Origin: Candidatus Poribacteria bacterium
Lineage (GTDB): Bacteria; Poribacteria; WGA-4E; PCPOR2b
Reading direction: 5' to 3'
NCBI GenBank assembly: GCA_965208675.1
Contig: OZ242351.1
Span: forward strand, 2,176,001 to 2,240,000
Length of the DNA: 64,000 nt
The notes under the pieces were generated by a model. The model did no database searches. It saw only the letters and a program-made list of their open reading frames with translations, and was not told where the DNA came from. Below are positions 9,730-19,419 of this stretch, one piece after another. Position 1 is the stretch's first letter. Each line of letters starts with the position of its first letter. Both the position numbers and the translations under genes were made by a program.

Positions 9730-10386
9730 TTACTCCTGTTTTGCACGCTCAATCTCGGCAAGCAGTTCGCGCGACGCTAAAACCGGATCCGGTTGCGCAC
9801 ACACGGCTGAAATGACAGCAACTCCATGCGCTCCTGCTCGAATGGTTTCATAAGCAGTATCGGCAGTGACACCGCCAATTGCTATGACCGGACGATTGGC
9901 AATTTTCGACACCCGTCGAAGAGCGTCCAAACCCTTTGGAAATTCGGCATCTAGTTTGGAAGATGTCCAGTAAATGGGCCCGAACCCAATGTAGTCCGCG
10001 CCATCGTCGACAGCTTGCATTAGATGTTCTTCAGTCCGTGCAGAAGCGCCAATTATCGCCTTCCGCGGGAAGATTCGGCGCCCGATTGCAATCGGCAAAT
10101 CGTCTTGTCCCAAGTGCACGCCCGCTGCGCCAACGGCCAGCGCGATATCGGCTCGATCATTGACGATTAAGGGTACTCCGTACCGCCTGCAAATGGATTG
10201 AAGCCCTTCCGAAGTTTCAATCAACTGACGGGTCGTGCCAGTTTTCTGCCGAAACTGAATTGTATCGGCGCCTCCTTTGATTGCCATCTCTGCTAACTGG
10301 TAATGGTTGAATCGAGTTTGGGTAGTTGTGTCGGTAATGACATGGAATACACCAATGCTTTTCATGAGGTTTTCCCTAGTCAACAA
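9730..10386 (-). CDS. thiE: Thiamine-phosphate synthase
   Basis: QFRQK, LIVNDRADIA, GVHLGQDD, AIGG and GVAVISA motifs. Confidence 0.95.
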   Translation of the reverse strand: MLTRENLMKSIGVFHVITDTTTQTRFNHYQLAEMAIKGGADTIQFRQKTGTTRQLIETSEGLQSICRRYGVPLIVNDRADIALAVGAAGVHLGQDDLPIAIGRRIFPRKAIIGASARTEEHLMQAVDDGADYIGFGPIYWTSSKLDAEFPKGLDALRRVSKIANRPVIAIGGVTADTAYETIRAGAHGVAVISAVCAQPDPVLASRELLAEIERAKQE

Positions 10387-10529
10387 TGCAATTCGAGCAA
10401 GACATCCTGAAGGCTTTCATGGCAGTCGATAGTGGAAGAGAATTTTTTGACGGGAGATGAATAATACGGTATAATTTTAACTCTTCGCAGGTTTAGAGAC
10501 TCGTTATGGACGATTTGAGGAGGTACACC

Positions 10530-10766
10530 ATGACAGCGGAACAAACACTATCGCTGAAGAAATCCTTGGAATTGATGTTTGACGGGATTCAAAAAAAGCA
10601 GAATATCACCCAAGCACTTAACCAAATCGAGAAAATACATCAAGAAATAGAATCAACCGCACCGCGAATGCTGATTCATTATCTGCAGCGCCGGAGCTAT
10701 ACTAAGGCTCTCGAATTTCTAAAGGAAGGCACCGTTGTAGAAGATGCAAATCGTCCTGATTGCTAA
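10530..10766 (+). CDS. Small hypothetical protein (HYLQRRSYTKALEFL motif)
   Basis: Strong GAGGAGG RBS before ATG at 10530; helical conserved-looking motif. Confidence 0.65.
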   Translation: MTAEQTLSLKKSLELMFDGIQKKQNITQALNQIEKIHQEIESTAPRMLIHYLQRRSYTKALEFLKEGTVVEDANRPDC

Positions 10767-11010
10767 GGCGAATAGGCGAGGTTAGCGTTAACGCTGCCAC
10801 ACCGGAGCGACCGTACACGGAACATGTGATGATGTGCACTGTCGAGTTGTGAACTCTCGCCGGAGATTCGATATGAACTGGAGACGGCGATTATCTGGAC
10901 TTGGGGAAGTTACATCAATTTCGCCATCCGTAATTTCTTTAGTTTCCGCACAATTTCTGTAATTGTCCTCGCAGTTATTCAACCCGCTTCAAACGCCCCG
11001 CGAATAGAAT

Positions 11011-14000
11011 CTATCCCGCACGGTGATAGCCATGCCCTTCACCGGTAATTTGGTATAGGGCATCCGCTGTCCAGAAATGCACCTCAGGATCGTCATCGTC
11101 CAAAGCCGTTTCGAGCACAGATATAGCACCTTGATGCTTTGACGCGGCAAGTCCCTTGATGATGTCTAACCTCAAATTCTTGGTCGTCTGATTCACCGGA
11201 AGCGATTTCAGTTTTTCAATCAATGCCGAAACGGCGGCGTCAGTCCCTATTTTTCCAAGTGCAATTGCGGCATCGCGGCGAATCTCTTCATGATTGGTTT
11301 CAGTGTTGAAGACATCTATAAGATCGGGCACGGTGGAGGCGTCTGCGAATTCACCTACACCTTGCGTGGCTCCGCGCCGCACATCTTTATCCGATTCTGT
11401 TTCACCTTTCATAATTTTCACAATTTCATCTTGAAATTCTCGAAGCTTGCCTTCACCAATTCCAAGCGCTGTGGACTGGCGGACTTCTTTTTTCTTGTCA
11501 TTCAGCAGTTCTCTAAGCTTCGATATGGCTTCCGGGGTTTTGGACCTTCCAAGCGCATTGGCGGCTGCGGCCTTAATGGGCCAACTTTCAGGTTTACTAC
11601 TCTCGACTCGCTCAATCATCTTGTTCGCCACGAAGGGTGACAATTGAAACGGTTTGGAGGCACTGACGAACGCCTCAAACACAGGGTTGTGGGTAAATGT
11701 ATCCGGTGTTATCGTCACGCTATATTCAGTGTCGTCAACGAGCCGCCTGCTTATTGATTCAGCCGCACGGCTATCCCCAATTGCCGCGAGCGCGTCGGCG
11801 GCAATCGTACGGGTGTCCGACTCCAGGCTTCGATCTTCGAGAATAGCTATCAATTCCGTCACGGCTTCACGACTTTTGAGTTTGCCAAGCGCCGTAATAA
11901 CGCTCTTGTGGACAGTTCCGGTTTCTGCTCTAAAAATGCGAAGGATTGCCGCTTCCGAGCTGCGGTCGCCAATCAAACCGAGTGCAGTTACACAAGCCGT
12001 CCGCACCGATGTATCCTCTAGAGGGTTATGGAGGATTTCAATTAGTTTATTGACAGCGTTTGCCCCTTTGATAACGCCCAATGCTGTTGCAGCCTGCAAC
12101 CGAACTTCAGCGTTCTCATCGTCTAACGCAGCAAGGAGCGGAACGGAAGCACGTTCGTCACGCAACTTCGCCAATGACGCGGCTGCCGCCGCTCGAATTG
12201 ACTTTGACTCATTCGTATTTTCAAGCACCGCAGTTAAGTCGGCAACAGCACTTCGATCTTTGAGTTTTCCAAGTGCAGCCACTGCCTCTTTGCGAACAAG
12301 GTAGCTCTGATTTGCCATCTCCTCACGTATCGCAGCCATTAAGTTTTGATGCAGCGCCGGCGTCATTGTTACCTTGTCGGACGTCCCCCGGATTTCTCCG
12401 ATTGTATGTACAACTGCCCAGCGTATCCATTCTTCATCATCGTGGACGGATTTCAGCGCATCAAGCAGCCAATTGATTGTAGACGCATTACCATCTTTGA
12501 CGAGTGAAGCAATCACTTCATTCATTACGGATTGGACTTCGTGCTTTTCTTCAAAGGGCCCTAAGCCTTTTTTCAACACATCGACCAACCCGCTGTCAGC
12601 TAATTCTTGCTTTAGTTCACGCAAAGTGATTGCGGCTTGTTTACGAGTTTTTTCAAACTTGTCCCTTTTGAGAGATGTTAGCAAAGGACCGACCACCTTT
12701 TCCCCTTTGATTTTGTTTAACGCAGCCGCAGCCTCTTGCCGCACAATGCCGTGCTCATCATTCTTGAGCGCATCAATCAAGTGGGAAATAACGGATTCTC
12801 CGTTGATATCTCCTAAAGCTAGCGCAGCACTCCGGCGAACGGCTGCACGCTCGTCGTCCTTCAGGGCGTGAAACAGCGCATCCAGTACTTGGTCACCTTG
12901 GGTGTAGACGTTTAGGCTTTCACCGACTTTCCGGAAATGGTACCGCTGCTGGTTTTCTTTATCGGTTACAAACCAAATTTCGCCTGCCCGCTCGACTACA
13001 ATAGTTGGGTTTTGAGAGAGTGCGATTTCTTTATCTTTAAGTGCATGCCGTAAATTTTCCGGAATCTTGCCACTGTTTAGATCTGTGACATACTCGGCTA
13101 ATTGAGCGCTGGAAAACAGTAATTTTCCTCTAATCTTGCCCAGTGAGATGGCTGCCTCGCTTCGGACAAGACCGGGAATCGGCTTTAATTCTCCCCACTT
13201 TTGATAATCAGGTTGCGGATATTCAGGCGTCCATTGAATACCTAAGGCATCAACAGCAACGCCCAATGCCTCAAGGGTCTTATGTTGCCTTTTCATGTGC
13301 CGTTGGAAATCCTTGACATCTTCGTAGCGTGTTGACAAAACCCATAAAAGCGCAGACACTGTTTCTTGTGCTTTAATTTCTCCCAAAACTGCCGCTGCGT
13401 CTTTTCGAATAATTTCACTGGTCTCATCGCTGAACATCAACTGCATCATTGGCTGAACCGCTTGGTTTGTCTCGAGTTGACTTAATGCGGAAAGCGCCGC
13501 CCTCCTTATCGTCTCGCGTCCACGTTTGTTCATCGCCATTGCGATGAGTTTGCTAATTGCCCGCTCACTCTCATTGTTGATGTTGCCGAGTGCGACGGCA
13601 GCGTTAGTTGCAGTGGTATCATCTAAATCAAGGGCGTCAGTCAGTGCATCAACAGCGATGTTGTTCCTACCAGGGGTTTTCATCGTGCCGAGGGCTTTAG
13701 CCGCAGCCGCTTTGACTTCCTTTCTGGGATCGCTCTTTAGAGATTCGCTGAGGGAGGGTAACGTTCGCAAATCTCCAATCAAGTCCATGACCTCGGCGGT
13801 CCGAATCCTGATAAAATCCCTGGAAACTTTTAGGTTACCCGCGTCTTTTCTGACATTATAGGTTCTTTTTTTATGATGTTTACTTTTATCAGTTATCAAC
13901 CATTTGCTGTCTTCTTCCTCAAGAAAAATGGATACATTTTCAGAAACGGCGAATCCGTTATTTTCCAACACCCGTTTTAAATTCGCCGAGACGTATCCGT

Positions 14001-15306
14001 TGTTTAGATCGTTCTGGAACTCCGTGCTGATAAGAAATGACGGATAACGCAGCGCTTGAATCAGATGGGGAACAGCAACTTCCTTCATTACGGCCAACGC
14101 ACTAGCTACCTCTCCATGTAAATCATCGTTTTCAAAAAGATTGATTAGCCGTGCAACGGCACTCTTGGCTCTCAGGGCACCAAGGGTCTGAATCGCTGCG
14201 GCTTGGGTGCTGATTCGGCGGTTTTTCAGCCGGTCTGTATCAATATAGACATTTGCAATGTACTGATACTCATTCCTGAAATTAGGTTCGTCATCTTCCT
14301 CTGGAATTACGTTCCTAGCCCCTGAGTCCAATACTTCAATCAATGGATCAATTGATAACGGTCCAATCTGGATCAGTGCGGTCATTGCGCTGTTTTTGAC
14401 GTGTTCATTGGCATCTGCGAGCAACCGGACTAGATCTACTATGGAATCTTCTGACTTCAGTATACCGAGCAGCTTTGCGGATAACATACGCACCTGTGCG
14501 ACGTTAGTCCTTGTGGCAAGCTTCAGTGCGGGAATAATGCTTTGCTGGTCTTTTAACCCCTCTAGCGCTACAATTGCCTCGTACAACACATCTGCCGATT
14601 CATCCTTTTTATTCAGAACGGATTCTAGCTCGCGGATGAGCCGCGGATCTTTTAAGTCTCCTAAGTGCTTTATAGCCTGTTTTCTGATGGCGGCGTCAGA
14701 ATTTTGAATTTCATTGACCATCAGATTGTAAACCAAATCTTGATTATTAAGTTGCTGAATTAGTGCGGATGATGCCTGTCGATGCTGTGGATGAAAGCAA
14801 TTTTCCGCCTCCAGCAACGCCGTGATGACAACGGAATTTGGTTGACTCGCTAAGGTTGAAATGAGTTGTGTGTTTTGCTCGGCGGCTTCCGCGAGCGCGT
14901 TTGCGAAGGCACCAACAATCGAGTTTCGAGATCGAACAAGCCATTCGAGTTGGTCCAACTCATCCGAATCTGGATCCTCAAGCGTCTCCGATGCTTCAAT
15001 CTCATCCTTCAGGGGCTGTAAATTACCGAGAATTTTCTGAATGGCATTGTGCCAGTCAATCGCTTTCGTTTTCCAACCCTTACCTGAGGTTGCACGCAAC
15101 TGCAGTAACTCTTGCAGCGATTGGGCTTCGAGGTGATTCGGTTTGCTCGAAATCACGGCTTGTATCGCTGTTTGAGCAACGGTATAATTTGCATCATCCA
15201 TCGCCTTCCGCGCTTCTAGCAAGTCTTCATCCTCTTTTTCTCCACACCCAGCGAGTAAACCGATAATTAAACCAAAACTGATAGACAGGAGAAACCTGCG
15301 TTTCAT
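11011..15306 (-). CDS. Giant HEAT/PBS-lyase repeat lipoprotein with two inserted ~75-aa modules
   Basis: MKRRFLL...LLAGC lipobox (start at 15306 with AAAGGAG RBS); more than 20 repeats of the VR..AA.ALG.I type. Confidence 0.9.
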   Translation of the reverse strand: MKRRFLLSISFGLIIGLLAGCGEKEDEDLLEARKAMDDANYTVAQTAIQAVISSKPNHLEAQSLQELLQLRATSGKGWKTKAIDWHNAIQKILGNLQPLKDEIEASETLEDPDSDELDQLEWLVRSRNSIVGAFANALAEAAEQNTQLISTLASQPNSVVITALLEAENCFHPQHRQASSALIQQLNNQDLVYNLMVNEIQNSDAAIRKQAIKHLGDLKDPRLIRELESVLNKKDESADVLYEAIVALEGLKDQQSIIPALKLATRTNVAQVRMLSAKLLGILKSEDSIVDLVRLLADANEHVKNSAMTALIQIGPLSIDPLIEVLDSGARNVIPEEDDEPNFRNEYQYIANVYIDTDRLKNRRISTQAAAIQTLGALRAKSAVARLINLFENDDLHGEVASALAVMKEVAVPHLIQALRYPSFLISTEFQNDLNNGYVSANLKRVLENNGFAVSENVSIFLEEEDSKWLITDKSKHHKKRTYNVRKDAGNLKVSRDFIRIRTAEVMDLIGDLRTLPSLSESLKSDPRKEVKAAAAKALGTMKTPGRNNIAVDALTDALDLDDTTATNAAVALGNINNESERAISKLIAMAMNKRGRETIRRAALSALSQLETNQAVQPMMQLMFSDETSEIIRKDAAAVLGEIKAQETVSALLWVLSTRYEDVKDFQRHMKRQHKTLEALGVAVDALGIQWTPEYPQPDYQKWGELKPIPGLVRSEAAISLGKIRGKLLFSSAQLAEYVTDLNSGKIPENLRHALKDKEIALSQNPTIVVERAGEIWFVTDKENQQRYHFRKVGESLNVYTQGDQVLDALFHALKDDERAAVRRSAALALGDINGESVISHLIDALKNDEHGIVRQEAAAALNKIKGEKVVGPLLTSLKRDKFEKTRKQAAITLRELKQELADSGLVDVLKKGLGPFEEKHEVQSVMNEVIASLVKDGNASTINWLLDALKSVHDDEEWIRWAVVHTIGEIRGTSDKVTMTPALHQNLMAAIREEMANQSYLVRKEAVAALGKLKDRSAVADLTAVLENTNESKSIRAAAAASLAKLRDERASVPLLAALDDENAEVRLQAATALGVIKGANAVNKLIEILHNPLEDTSVRTACVTALGLIGDRSSEAAILRIFRAETGTVHKSVITALGKLKSREAVTELIAILEDRSLESDTRTIAADALAAIGDSRAAESISRRLVDDTEYSVTITPDTFTHNPVFEAFVSASKPFQLSPFVANKMIERVESSKPESWPIKAAAANALGRSKTPEAISKLRELLNDKKKEVRQSTALGIGEGKLREFQDEIVKIMKGETESDKDVRRGATQGVGEFADASTVPDLIDVFNTETNHEEIRRDAAIALGKIGTDAAVSALIEKLKSLPVNQTTKNLRLDIIKGLAASKHQGAISVLETALDDDDPEVHFWTADALYQITGEGHGYHRAG
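12895..13125 (-). repeat. In-frame inserted module, copy C (KLLFSS...DLNSG...WFVTD...YHFRKVGESLNVYTQG)
   Basis: Homologous to copies A and B; its removal gives LGKIRG|DQVLDAL, matching the neighbouring repeats LGDINGESVISHL and LNKIKGEKVVGPL. Confidence 0.85.
13822..14040 (-). repeat. In-frame inserted module, copy B (SFLISTEFQNDLNNG...WLITD...TYNVRKDAGNLKVS)
   Basis: Homologous to copies A and C; its removal gives ALRYP|RDFIR, the normal HEAT loop spacing. Confidence 0.8.
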
Positions 15307-15442
15307 TTGCGAACTCCTTTCGATTCGATAATGATGCAAAAATGAAGGCATGATGCGTGAAATGCGACGTGCAAAACGTGGGAAAATATTACCATTCTGC
15401 CTCTTAACGAGTGTCAATCGATAACCTAATGTATATGTATTT

Positions 15443-16195
15443 TTAAATGTTGAGGTTGTCAATGAATTTTAAGCTCTTCAAATCGCGCTCAATATGATAT
15501 GAGATAAAGGTCGCAAGCACAAACTTCAGTTCACGATGATTTAGAATTGATGCGCGAAATCTCCCCAAACGCGATAGACTAGATTTTTGGAGTTGCTGCA
15601 TTAACTGACAACTTCCTCTTGAAACCGCAATTGCATTCGCATCACGATCGCTACACCTCACACAGAGCATTCCGCCAAAACGAGAACTAAAATGCAACGT
15701 GGCATCCTTGAAGGCGTGGGTACAAGCCACACAGTGGGAAAGCTGCGGCGACAATCCCGCTAAGCCAAGCAATTGTAACTCGAAAGCACGCGCAAATAAC
15801 GCAATATCATCGACTTGCGCCATGGTTTCAAATCCGTGCTGCAGCAGGTGAAAAATCTGTTGGTCGACCGAATGATCGGACTCAATTGCGCCAATAAGTT
15901 CCGCGAGATAACAGCCGTAAATTGTTCGATCGAAATCTGCTTTGATTCCTTCAAAGGAACTAATCAAGTCAAAGTCATTGACAATCTGCAAATCTTTGTT
16001 CGGACGCTCAAAAAACACTAAGGTACCGTAATTCAGGAGTTCAAGACCTCCTGCCAAACGACTTTTCGGTCGTCTGACGCCTCGGGCAACAGCTTTAATC
16101 TTACCAAACTCGGCGGTATAAAAAGTGATGATTTTATCAGATTCACGGAGAGGATAAAATCGAATGACAATCGCAGGTGTTTTTTGGACTGGCAT
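15443..16195 (-). CDS. recO: DNA repair protein RecO
   Basis: ESDKIITFYT..GKIKAVARG OB-fold; CVAC...CVRC zinc finger; LKSL tail. Confidence 0.95.
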   Translation of the reverse strand: MPVQKTPAIVIRFYPLRESDKIITFYTAEFGKIKAVARGVRRPKSRLAGGLELLNYGTLVFFERPNKDLQIVNDFDLISSFEGIKADFDRTIYGCYLAELIGAIESDHSVDQQIFHLLQHGFETMAQVDDIALFARAFELQLLGLAGLSPQLSHCVACTHAFKDATLHFSSRFGGMLCVRCSDRDANAIAVSRGSCQLMQQLQKSSLSRLGRFRASILNHRELKFVLATFISYHIERDLKSLKFIDNLNI

Positions 16196-16210
16196 TTTAC
16201 GATAACAAAA

Positions 16211-16250
16211 TGGGACAATAGGCCGATTGATAAATCGTACCATTGTCCCA
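16211..16250 (-). terminator. Hairpin just downstream of tRNA-Pro
   Basis: TGGGACAAT...ATTGTCCCA inverted repeat with inner CGATT/AATCG stem, followed by a T-run on the minus strand. Confidence 0.55.
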
Positions 16251-16262
16251 TGACTTAATGGA

Positions 16263-16337
<75 letters not shown>

Positions 16338-16447
16338 ATGGGTTGAAAAACGCTGTATTTTGCCACTGATTGTATCATATCAGGAGGAACCTGTCAAGCT
16401 TCCTTTGCTGTACTTAATTGTGCGCATTTTTTATCTGTAAAAAATTC

Positions 16448-17767
16448 TCACTGTCCGGCAGGGCCGGATTGATTAGATTTGCCATCCGCCATGTTGAGGG
16501 TCTGAATTTGGATACGGTGCACCCGCCGTTCATCCGCTTGCAGAACAGTAAACTCCATGCCTTGATAAGCGAATCGATCTCCTTGTGCGGGAACTTTCCC
16601 GAAGTAATCCACTACAAAACCGCCGATAGTGTCTACGTTTTCCGATTCTATCTGTGTGCCGAGCTGCTCATTCAGATTGTCGATGCTCATACGCGCGTCA
16701 ACCGAATACACGTTTTCGCCTAATGAATGGCATTCTTCCAGTTCATCGGAATCATATTCATCTTGAATTTCACCAACAATCTCCTCAATAATGTCTTCCA
16801 AGGTAACAACTCCGGCTGTGCCGCCATATTCATCGACAACAATTGCCATGTGCTGTTTGTTTGCACGCAAATCGCGAAAAAGTTCAGATATTTTCTTGCT
16901 TTCAGGTGTGAAAAACGGGGGCCTATCCTTTACGAGCATCCTTAAATCTATTGGCTTGCCTTCAGCCCAATAGTCCAACATATCCTTCACATTAAGGATG
17001 CCGACGATATGGTCAATTGTCTCTTCGTAAACAGGGATTCGTGAATGCCTCGACCCAATCGCGGTTTGGAGCACTTCTTTCTCAGATGTAGAAACTTCTA
17101 GGCATACCATATCGGTTCTTGGAATGATAATTTCGCGAGCAACGATATCGGGAAGATCCAAAATACGCGAAATCATTTCTCGTTCATCAGGCTCCAAAAT
17201 CTCCTGGCTGTCGCCAACATTTACTACCGTTTCCAGCTCTTCCGGTGTAACTATATTGTCTTGTATAGTGCGATCTTTTCCACCCAGAATTCGCACACCG
17301 AAGTATCCAAGCAAGGTTAACGGTTTGATTACAAAATATAGCACCCAATAAGCGACCCGCAAAAAGCGTAGCGCATGAATCGTTGAATTCTCGGAACTTC
17401 CCCGCACGTAATTTTTCGGAATTAACTCAGTGATGACCACAATGGTAACGGCGGCAAGAATTGCTCCAATAATATCCCTAATCCCCGGAGGTCCAACTTT
17501 GACTAGGGACAAAAATATTACTACAATCGATACAATTAATCCGCTCTTGGCGATGATAATCGTCGACGAATATCTCCGTGAATCTCGGAGCAGCGAAGCC
17601 AAAATCTCATACCGCTTGCCGCCTGCTTCGGCGATATTCAGCATATCATTCCTGGTCAGTCGGGCAAGCAACGTCTCTGCGGCGGAAAACAACACTGCCA
17701 AGATTAACAGAGCAAACAAACCAACCAGTTTAAGGATACTATTTATGTCGTCCAAGTGTGAAATCAC
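16448..17767 (-). CDS. HlyC/CorC (CNNM-CBS-CorC) family Mg/Co transport protein
   Basis: FSAAET, ELIPK, CBS pair (IPRTDM, HSRIPVY), VDEYGGTAGVVTLEDIIEEIVGEIQDEYD. Confidence 0.93.
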   Translation of the reverse strand: MISHLDDINSILKLVGLFALLILAVLFSAAETLLARLTRNDMLNIAEAGGKRYEILASLLRDSRRYSSTIIIAKSGLIVSIVVIFLSLVKVGPPGIRDIIGAILAAVTIVVITELIPKNYVRGSSENSTIHALRFLRVAYWVLYFVIKPLTLLGYFGVRILGGKDRTIQDNIVTPEELETVVNVGDSQEILEPDEREMISRILDLPDIVAREIIIPRTDMVCLEVSTSEKEVLQTAIGSRHSRIPVYEETIDHIVGILNVKDMLDYWAEGKPIDLRMLVKDRPPFFTPESKKISELFRDLRANKQHMAIVVDEYGGTAGVVTLEDIIEEIVGEIQDEYDSDELEECHSLGENVYSVDARMSIDNLNEQLGTQIESENVDTIGGFVVDYFGKVPAQGDRFAYQGMEFTVLQADERRVHRIQIQTLNMADGKSNQSGPAGQ

Positions 17768-17846
17768 ACTCCTAAAGTTAAACCTTCAAAATCATACAAG
17801 GCAGAAAACTAAGCTCCCGCAGCACAAAGCCGCGTACAGATTGTGA

Positions 17847-18272
17847 CTAAATCAGGCGGAGGATTTCTTCCTGTTTCTCGAACATAATCGCAGCGTCCTG
17901 CGGCGTTTGATGGTCGTAACCGAGGAGATGAAGCACGCCATGTACAGTCAGCCAGGCGAGTTCAGTTTCGAGGGAATGGTGTTTTTCGGCGGCTTGGCGT
18001 TGAGCTGTCTGAACAGAAATTACCACATCGCCAAGTAGATGTGAATGTAGATTGCCGTCAATTCCATCATTCATGGCAAAAGCCAACACATCAGTTGGTG
18101 CGGTAATTTGACGGTATTTCCGATTTAGGGTTTCAATTTCAAGGTCGTCCGTAATCAGTATGCTCACTTCGCAATCTTCCAAACCGTGTGTTCGTAACGA
18201 TGCCAACGCCGCGTTATGGATAATTGTTTCATCCAAATCGGGTTTCTGACTGTTATTGCTGGTGAGAATCAT
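17847..18272 (-). CDS. ybeY: rRNA maturation endonuclease YbeY
   Basis: LNRKYR, PTDVLAF, LGDVVIS and HGVLHLLGYDH motifs. Confidence 0.95.
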   Translation of the reverse strand: MILTSNNSQKPDLDETIIHNAALASLRTHGLEDCEVSILITDDLEIETLNRKYRQITAPTDVLAFAMNDGIDGNLHSHLLGDVVISVQTAQRQAAEKHHSLETELAWLTVHGVLHLLGYDHQTPQDAAIMFEKQEEILRLI

Positions 18273-18284
18273 CGGTGCGGCTGT

Positions 18285-19295
18285 TCAGGTTAGACGCCTG
18301 TTTTCTTCAGTGTGGTTGGAATTTTGGGATGGAACAACTGTACGATTTTCGTAAGCTTCAATAATCCGTTGGACTAACTCGTGCCGAACGACATCTTCGC
18401 TTGAAAAGTAGATAAACGAAATTCCCGCAATGGTGGAGAGCACTGCTTGGGCGTCGGCAAGCCCCGAGACTTTGCCGAGAGGTAAATCCGTTTGAGTGAT
18501 GTCTCCAGTGACAACCGCTTTGGAATCATAACCGAGTCGAGTGAGAAACATCTTCATCTGTTCTACGGTAGCGTTTTGCGCTTCGTCAAGCACAACAAAG
18601 GAGTTATTTAGCGTACGGCCCCGCATGAAAGCGAGCGGCGCAACTTCAATTATGTTACGCTCAATATAACGTTCAAGGGATTCCGGAGGAATCATATCGT
18701 ACAGTGCATCGTACAAAGGGCGCAAATAAGGGTCAATCTTTGCAGAAATGTCACCCGGTAGAAACCCGAGCCTTTCTCCTGCTTCAACTGCAGGGCGGGT
18801 TAAAATAATTCGGCTAGTCTGCCCGCCTTTTAGGGCTGAAACAGCCATTGCCATTGCAAGGTAGGTTTTTCCCGTTCCTGCTGGACCTATCCCGAAAACA
18901 AGATCGTGGTTTTTTATGGCTTCCACATAACGCCCTTGTCCAGGGGTTTTCGGACGCACAACCCCACGTTTGGAAAATACGGGAATGGCTGGCCCTACCG
19001 ATTTTTCCAGCTGAATGAGTTTCTCGCTTCTTGATACTCGAACTGCGTGTTTGACGTCGCTTGCGTCAATTTGTTGACCGCTTCGAACGAGATTGAGCAA
19101 CGACTCGAACGTCTTGCCGACTCGGTGAACATCTTTGGAATCATCACCGACAATTCTCAATCCGTCACTTTTCACAGTAACTTTGGCGTTGAAGCTATCT
19201 TCGACAATTTTCAGAAAAACATCCGCTTGACCGAAAATTACTTGCGCTTCAGCATGGTCCTGTATCGGGACGCTTAAAGACTCTTGATTCTGCAA
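18285..19295 (-). CDS. phoH: PhoH-like ATPase (YbeZ)
   Basis: GPAGTGKTYLA, RPAVEAGERLGFLPG, FMRGRT and DEAQN motifs; synteny with ybeY-corC. Confidence 0.95.
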   Translation of the reverse strand: MQNQESLSVPIQDHAEAQVIFGQADVFLKIVEDSFNAKVTVKSDGLRIVGDDSKDVHRVGKTFESLLNLVRSGQQIDASDVKHAVRVSRSEKLIQLEKSVGPAIPVFSKRGVVRPKTPGQGRYVEAIKNHDLVFGIGPAGTGKTYLAMAMAVSALKGGQTSRIILTRPAVEAGERLGFLPGDISAKIDPYLRPLYDALYDMIPPESLERYIERNIIEVAPLAFMRGRTLNNSFVVLDEAQNATVEQMKMFLTRLGYDSKAVVTGDITQTDLPLGKVSGLADAQAVLSTIAGISFIYFSSEDVVRHELVQRIIEAYENRTVVPSQNSNHTEENRRLT

Positions 19296-19419
19296 TACGA
19301 TATCACTCTCCCTGCTTAATTGTATATGAAATTTGGAATTTATGCAAGCCGAAAGGTTTTGGCTCGGGAAATGTACGAATCAACACGGCTGCCGAATCTT
19401 ACCATAAGTATTTCTACAT

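Noticed and set aside
10387-10505. TPP riboswitch upstream of thiE
   Set aside because: No CTGAGA or other TPP core motif is visible on the minus strand.
873-14040. Inserted modules as mini-inteins or introns
   Set aside because: No conserved N-terminal Cys/Ser plus C-terminal His-Asn, too short for a HINT fold, and conservation is at the protein rather than RNA level.
11290-15266. Several plus-strand ORFs opposite the HEAT gene (and similar antisense ORFs over the WD40, M16C and permease genes)
   Set aside because: They are shadow ORFs of long coding regions with no motifs or RBS.
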